A DNA stretch of 28,255 nt from positions 1 through 28,255 of the IMG/VR virus record IMGVR_UViG_3300044641_003395; one strand, written 5' to 3'. Under the pieces are notes generated by a model. The model made no database searches. It worked only from the letters and a program-made list of their open reading frames with translations, and was not told where the DNA came from. Positions 24,300 through 28,255 of this stretch are shown in pieces (within the stretch, counting starts at the first letter, position 1; each line of letters begins with the position of its first letter). Made by a program: the position numbers and the translations under genes. The DNA is from a virus. Lineage: Duplodnaviria > Caudoviricetes.

Positions 24300-25019
24300 T
24301 TATGCCCAATCTCCGATATTTATTGTAGCACTGTTTGTACCTATTGGAGTCATTTCAAAATAAGCACCAACTGCAATCGTACCTGCTCCACCAGGAGCAG
24401 CACTGAATGCAACTTGAGGAATAAATGTTCCTGCAGCGTTTATTTGCACAGTACCTTCCATAAAAACAACATTGTTTTCTGTAGTAGAAGTACTTGCTGC
24501 TGTTATAGCTGTTGTTGTAGACACGGCTATAAATCTATTTTGTGGTGTTCCTAAAACATCACCTGTAGTTGTTGTAGCCGTAACAAAATAATTTATCGCA
24601 GTTAAAGTAGCAGTACCACCAAATCCTAAGTTAACAGTATGCGAAGTTGCACCAGCAGCTCTTGACATTCTAAAAAATCCTTTAAACCTATAAGCTGTAG
24701 ATGCAGCTACTGAAACATCAACGGTTCCTAACCAATCTTGTAAAGTTGCTGCTGTATCTGTAATAGTTACTGTAGCAGTATTATATCTTAACATTGTAGA
24801 TGGACTTAATCCTCTTTTTAATGCTACGGGAGATGAAGTAAATATTTGTCCGTTATATTCAACCGCTCCTGCTATAGCTGATGTTAAAAAAGCTCCTGAA
24901 GTAAATTCTAAAGGTGCAGTTGTTGTTGTACCTGCTGCTAAATCTAAAGTTTGGTTAGTTCCTATTGCTACTATACTACCAGTGGATGCTTCAATTGTAT
25001 TTACTTTAATTTTTGACAT
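24300..25019 (-). CDS. Putative tail fibre / spike-associated protein
   Basis: 239-aa Thr/Ala/Gly-rich beta protein with the N-terminal MSKIKVNTI motif, in the tail module. Confidence 0.55.
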   Translation of the reverse strand: MSKIKVNTIEASTGSIVAIGTNQTLDLAAGTTTTAPLEFTSGAFLTSAIAGAVEYNGQIFTSSPVALKRGLSPSTMLRYNTATVTITDTAATLQDWLGTVDVSVAASTAYRFKGFFRMSRAAGATSHTVNLGFGGTATLTAINYFVTATTTTGDVLGTPQNRFIAVSTTTAITAASTSTTENNVVFMEGTVQINAAGTFIPQVAFSAAPGGAGTIAVGAYFEMTPIGTNSATINIGDWA

Positions 25020-25055
25020 ATTTTACCTTACATTATTCTAATAATAATTACAACA

Positions 25056-25715
25056 TTATATAATAGCTAATGTACTACCACTTGCAATAGTCCAAGTAAA
25101 ACCGGAATTAACAGTAATAGGTCCATATAAGAATGCATTTTGTGAACTATCAACAGTGGTTGTTTTATCAGCTGTAATGGCATTATAATTTGAAAAATAA
25201 TTACCTTCTACCGTAATGTTTCCTTCATTAGCAAAAGATAGTACACCAGAACCATTAGTTTTTAAAATTTGATTAATGGTTCCATCAGCAGTTGGATAAG
25301 ATAAACCATCTAATACAACTACACCTGTTCCATTAGGAGTTAGTGTAATATTTCCGTTTGAAGAAGATATAATAGAAACTCCAGTTAAATCTAAATTATT
25401 ACTACTATTAAGATTAACTGATTTACTAGCAGGATAAGTTACAAATACATTTTTTGTACCTGCTCCGAAATTAACTGCATTATTACTATTACTAGAGGAT
25501 AAAATAGTATCTCTAGATAAAGTGGTTCCAGAAGATGTATAGGTTCCAATTCCTATTTCAAAAGAAGCTCCAAAAACTATAGAATAAAAAGTTGTATTTC
25601 CATCTCCAATAACTGAAAATGATTGAAAACCATCTACCACTCCACTAAGTGTAAGTGTCCCAGTACCTGTTGTTGTTGTAGTTTCCTGAACTCTATCTTT
25701 TAAAACAAGAGCCAT
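25056..25715 (-). CDS. Putative tail fibre proximal protein
   Basis: MALVLKDRVQETTTTTGTGT N-terminus, FEIGIGTY, FVTYPA, a PTADG linker and a C-terminal GPITVNSG motif; AGGAG RBS. Confidence 0.65.
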   Translation of the reverse strand: MALVLKDRVQETTTTTGTGTLTLSGVVDGFQSFSVIGDGNTTFYSIVFGASFEIGIGTYTSSGTTLSRDTILSSSNSNNAVNFGAGTKNVFVTYPASKSVNLNSSNNLDLTGVSIISSSNGNITLTPNGTGVVVLDGLSYPTADGTINQILKTNGSGVLSFANEGNITVEGNYFSNYNAITADKTTTVDSSQNAFLYGPITVNSGFTWTIASGSTLAII

Positions 25716-25734
25716 AATATATTAATAACTCCTA

Positions 25735-26172
25735 TTAAGAGATTCTGATAATAGCCGCTGTAGATGTAAAAGCTGGAAATTGAATTGTAAATGTTCCTGA
25801 AGTAGCTGTTTTATCACTTGTAAAGTTTAATACTGCAACTGCTGCATTTGAAAAAGAAGTATTATAAATTAATGCTCCTCTTGCAGTTATTGTTACACCT
25901 GTAAATGATAGATCAGCAAAGTCTGTAAAAGCGATTGTTGATACAACTGATGTTCCAGAATTTACTAATTTTCCTCCACCTGAAGTGTATTGTCCAGAGT
26001 TTGGTACCTGTCCACTTGTTGTAAATGAAGTTGTTGCTGCACCTAATGTAGCCGCTGATGTATAAAGAGCTAATTTAAACCTATCACCACCCGAACCTAA
26101 AGTTGAAAAATCATGATCACCATCTAATAGTTGTTTTTTAAAACTATTTGGTAATGCTTGTGTAATAGCCAT
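25735..26172 (-). CDS. Conserved virion structural protein
   Basis: 145 aa with SFKKQLLDG, FKLALYT, ARGALIYN and FTIQFP; AGGAG RBS. Confidence 0.7.
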   Translation of the reverse strand: MAITQALPNSFKKQLLDGDHDFSTLGSGGDRFKLALYTSAATLGAATTSFTTSGQVPNSGQYTSGGGKLVNSGTSVVSTIAFTDFADLSFTGVTITARGALIYNTSFSNAAVAVLNFTSDKTATSGTFTIQFPAFTSTAAIIRIS

Positions 26173-26183
26173 ACTTGTTTCTC

Positions 26184-26828
26184 CTATTGTGGTTTACGAG
26201 CTATACGAGGTTCTCCATCTAGAAACTCATCAGTTCGTCTTCTTCCCATTTGTTCTAACGAGAATCCTTCGATAGCTTGCTTATATCTATTTTCATAATA
26301 TTGCAACATATCTTGTGGACCCTTTAAAAATCCATACGCCTCAACTAGGCAAGCATATAATAAACCATTGGGAAACTGTTGGCTTAAATATGTAGTAGCA
26401 GTATTACTAGATAATCCAGTTGGTTTCAAGATATAATTTAATTGAATTGTATAAGCTTGATCCGGTGTTGGAGCTACAATTACCGTATCTTCATCCCAAT
26501 TTGCATAATATTTAGGTATTCCTGTTGTATTACTTTGATTATATTCATTAATAAATGTCATATCTCTAATGTCTAAAAAAGATATAGTTCCATCTGTATT
26601 AAATACTTGTGCAGATCTTATAACTAATAAATCTGCTGGTGTATTAAAATACTTTTGAGTTACAATAACAGAAGAGGTTGAATATTTTCTGTTATTATCA
26701 GAATCTACATCTCTTAATATTCTAAATTCTGCATTTTCAATAAATCCATTAATAATAGTTGAAGTAAATACGTTTGAATCTACTTCTGTATAATCTCTAA
26801 TCTTTGTAACTAATTCTGAATATGTCAT
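26184..26828 (-). CDS. Head-tail adaptor / tail tubular protein A-like
   Basis: The true start is probably MTYSELV at 26828, just after the upstream stop. Motifs FIENAEFRI, GIPKYYA, APTPD, LLYACLVEA. Confidence 0.65.
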   Translation of the reverse strand: MTYSELVTKIRDYTEVDSNVFTSTIINGFIENAEFRILRDVDSDNNRKYSTSSVIVTQKYFNTPADLLVIRSAQVFNTDGTISFLDIRDMTFINEYNQSNTTGIPKYYANWDEDTVIVAPTPDQAYTIQLNYILKPTGLSSNTATTYLSQQFPNGLLYACLVEAYGFLKGPQDMLQYYENRYKQAIEGFSLEQMGRRRTDEFLDGEPRIARKPQ

Positions 26829-26829
26829 A

Positions 26830-27384
26830 TTAAGCCTGTAGTGTAACTGGTCCTGCAGAACATTCCGCCCCGCCGCCTGATACCCCTCCGATTGTTGCTG
26901 TATCAACACTTTCAAAATGAAAATAATTTGTAGTGTCAGTTATAATACCAGATGAATCTATTTTTCCAACTGTAATTGTAAATCCATTTGCATTTGAAAT
27001 ATCTGTAATTCCATCAAAAGATTGTACATCTGTAAATCCAGTATCATCCGTTGGTCCTCTAAATCTTACAATGTTTCCAGTTGATCTTTGATGATTTTGT
27101 GAAAATACATTAATATAAGTATCACCTGCATAGATAACAGTTGAGAAGGGATCGGGTATAAGTGGTATTAATACTGGTGGTTCTTGTCTGTCAGGATGTG
27201 CATATCTTAAACCTTGTGGATCAGCTGTAGTTGGTTTTGGTTCTAACTGAGGTTGCTTTGCTTCATATTCACTAACATGAACCCATGAACCATTCCACTC
27301 TTGTACCATTTCTTGATATGGAAATCTCTGACCCGAACGATCAGAAATCATGTAAGCATATTTTCCTCTTGAATTATTAGACAT
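26830..27384 (-). CDS. Conserved phage virion/morphogenesis protein
   Basis: 184 aa with an N-terminal ISDRSGQRFPY...EWNG...EAKQPQL module followed by a beta-rich domain. Confidence 0.6.
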   Translation of the reverse strand: MSNNSRGKYAYMISDRSGQRFPYQEMVQEWNGSWVHVSEYEAKQPQLEPKPTTADPQGLRYAHPDRQEPPVLIPLIPDPFSTVIYAGDTYINVFSQNHQRSTGNIVRFRGPTDDTGFTDVQSFDGITDISNANGFTITVGKIDSSGIITDTTNYFHFESVDTATIGGVSGGGAECSAGPVTLQA

Positions 27385-28255
27385 TTGGATAATAAGTTTT
27401 TGGTGTTATAAATGAACTTGAAGAAGAGCCATCTTGTTCTAATGCTCTTTTTAATTCATCTTCGTATAATAATCTTAATTCTTGTGTTCTTTGTGGAGCA
27501 AGTTTTAATGATACATAATAAGCTAGTCCTGCGCACATGCATGGGACAAATCTATATGGAACATCTGTTGCATTTGTATAAGCTCCAACATCTTGAATTC
27601 TTTTTGCATAATAATAATTAACTACATTATTAACTTCACTTGTGCCTGGTGTTAAAAATAAAGTGATTGTAATTTTATCTATAAATCTTTGTACAAAATA
27701 TTGTGTAGGTTGACCGGTTGAAAATTTAGAAGATAATCCACTGTAAGCAGATCTATCTATTTTTGTAAGTGGAAAATCAACAACAGGTGTTTGTTGTGTG
27801 TTTCTATAAACAGCTTCTAATATATCATCAGGTCCATAAATGATTGAATTATTATCATAAACGTTTGCATTATCAGCATGGATTGCAGCTGTTGTACTAT
27901 TTGCACCTCTAACACAACCTGTAAAAGTATTATTAGATGTGTCTGTTCCTGTGTAAGTTATTTGTTCCGAATCAATTAATAAAGTTCCTGATGTTGGAAA
28001 TTGATCTACAGAATCTACAGTTATTGTAGTTTGAGATGCATCAATTCCACCATTTAATAATGTAAATACACCATCCGATGTTCCATCTCCTGCTGATCTA
28101 TAAAGAGTATAGACAGATTGACCATTGACCATGGAGATTGAATTATTTGCTACTTCCCAATAATGAAGACCTCTGTTTGACCACTCTTGGAACATTATAT
28201 TTAGAGATCTTCTTGTAGATTCTAAATCTTGTCCAGTTCTTGGAGCGGACATACC
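27377..28255 (-). CDS. Head-tail adaptor-like protein, probably 5'-truncated by the window edge
   Basis: RRSLNIMFQEWSNRGLHYW, GQPTQYFVQR, RIQD, VPYRFVPCMCAGLAYY. The frame stays open to the edge, so ATG 28252 is probably internal. Confidence 0.65.
   Translation of the reverse strand, partial: GMSAPRTGQDLESTRRSLNIMFQEWSNRGLHYWEVANNSISMVNGQSVYTLYRSAGDGTSDGVFTLLNGGIDASQTTITVDSVDQFPTSGTLLIDSEQITYTGTDTSNNTFTGCVRGANSTTAAIHADNANVYDNNSIIYGPDDILEAVYRNTQQTPVVDFPLTKIDRSAYSGLSSKFSTGQPTQYFVQRFIDKITITLFLTPGTSEVNNVVNYYYAKRIQDVGAYTNATDVPYRFVPCMCAGLAYYVSLKLAPQRTQELRLLYEDELKRALEQDGSSSSSFITPKTYYPNV

Noticed and set aside
26829-26915. N-terminal extension of the 26184-26915 ORF
   Set aside because: It overlaps the upstream gene by 86 nt with a TTG start. 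ATG 26828, just after the upstream stop, is more plausible.
4005-27621. Other short track ORFs (4005+, 9238-, 10050+, 10573+, 12561+, 14224+, 17474+, 27412+)
   Set aside because: They are antisense or out of frame within well-supported genes and have no protein-like motifs.

Overview
AT-rich (roughly 30% GC by eye), gene-dense fragment of a tailed dsDNA phage genome, most likely a podovirus. Gene content and order resemble, from memory, uncultured SAR11/LD12-type alphaproteobacterial phages of the HTVC023P kind; this placement was not checked by search. The left end (1-3551) is a replication module: a truncated AEP-type primase, a probable ssDNA-binding protein and two conserved unknown genes on the minus strand, with a divergent SNF2-type helicase on the plus strand. 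The rest (3581-28255) is one long minus-strand block. In transcription order it holds head-tail adaptor and tail genes, three tandem six-bladed Kelch-like propeller genes, a coiled-coil protein, two 2OG-Fe(II) oxygenases, a tail nozzle, two glycosyltransferases, four probable internal virion proteins, a small membrane protein, an S-adenosylmethionine decarboxylase-like gene and Hsp20. No CRISPR array, rRNA, complete tRNA, integrase, transposase or reverse transcriptase was seen. The most interesting non-obvious signals are a ROSE-like RNA thermometer with an RpoH-like promoter before hsp20, a cluster of antisense-biased hairpins inside a replication gene, a two-state hairpin over the primase RBS, the blade-shuffled Kelch triplet, and an oxygenase plus glycosyltransferase set beside a Pro-rich virion protein.
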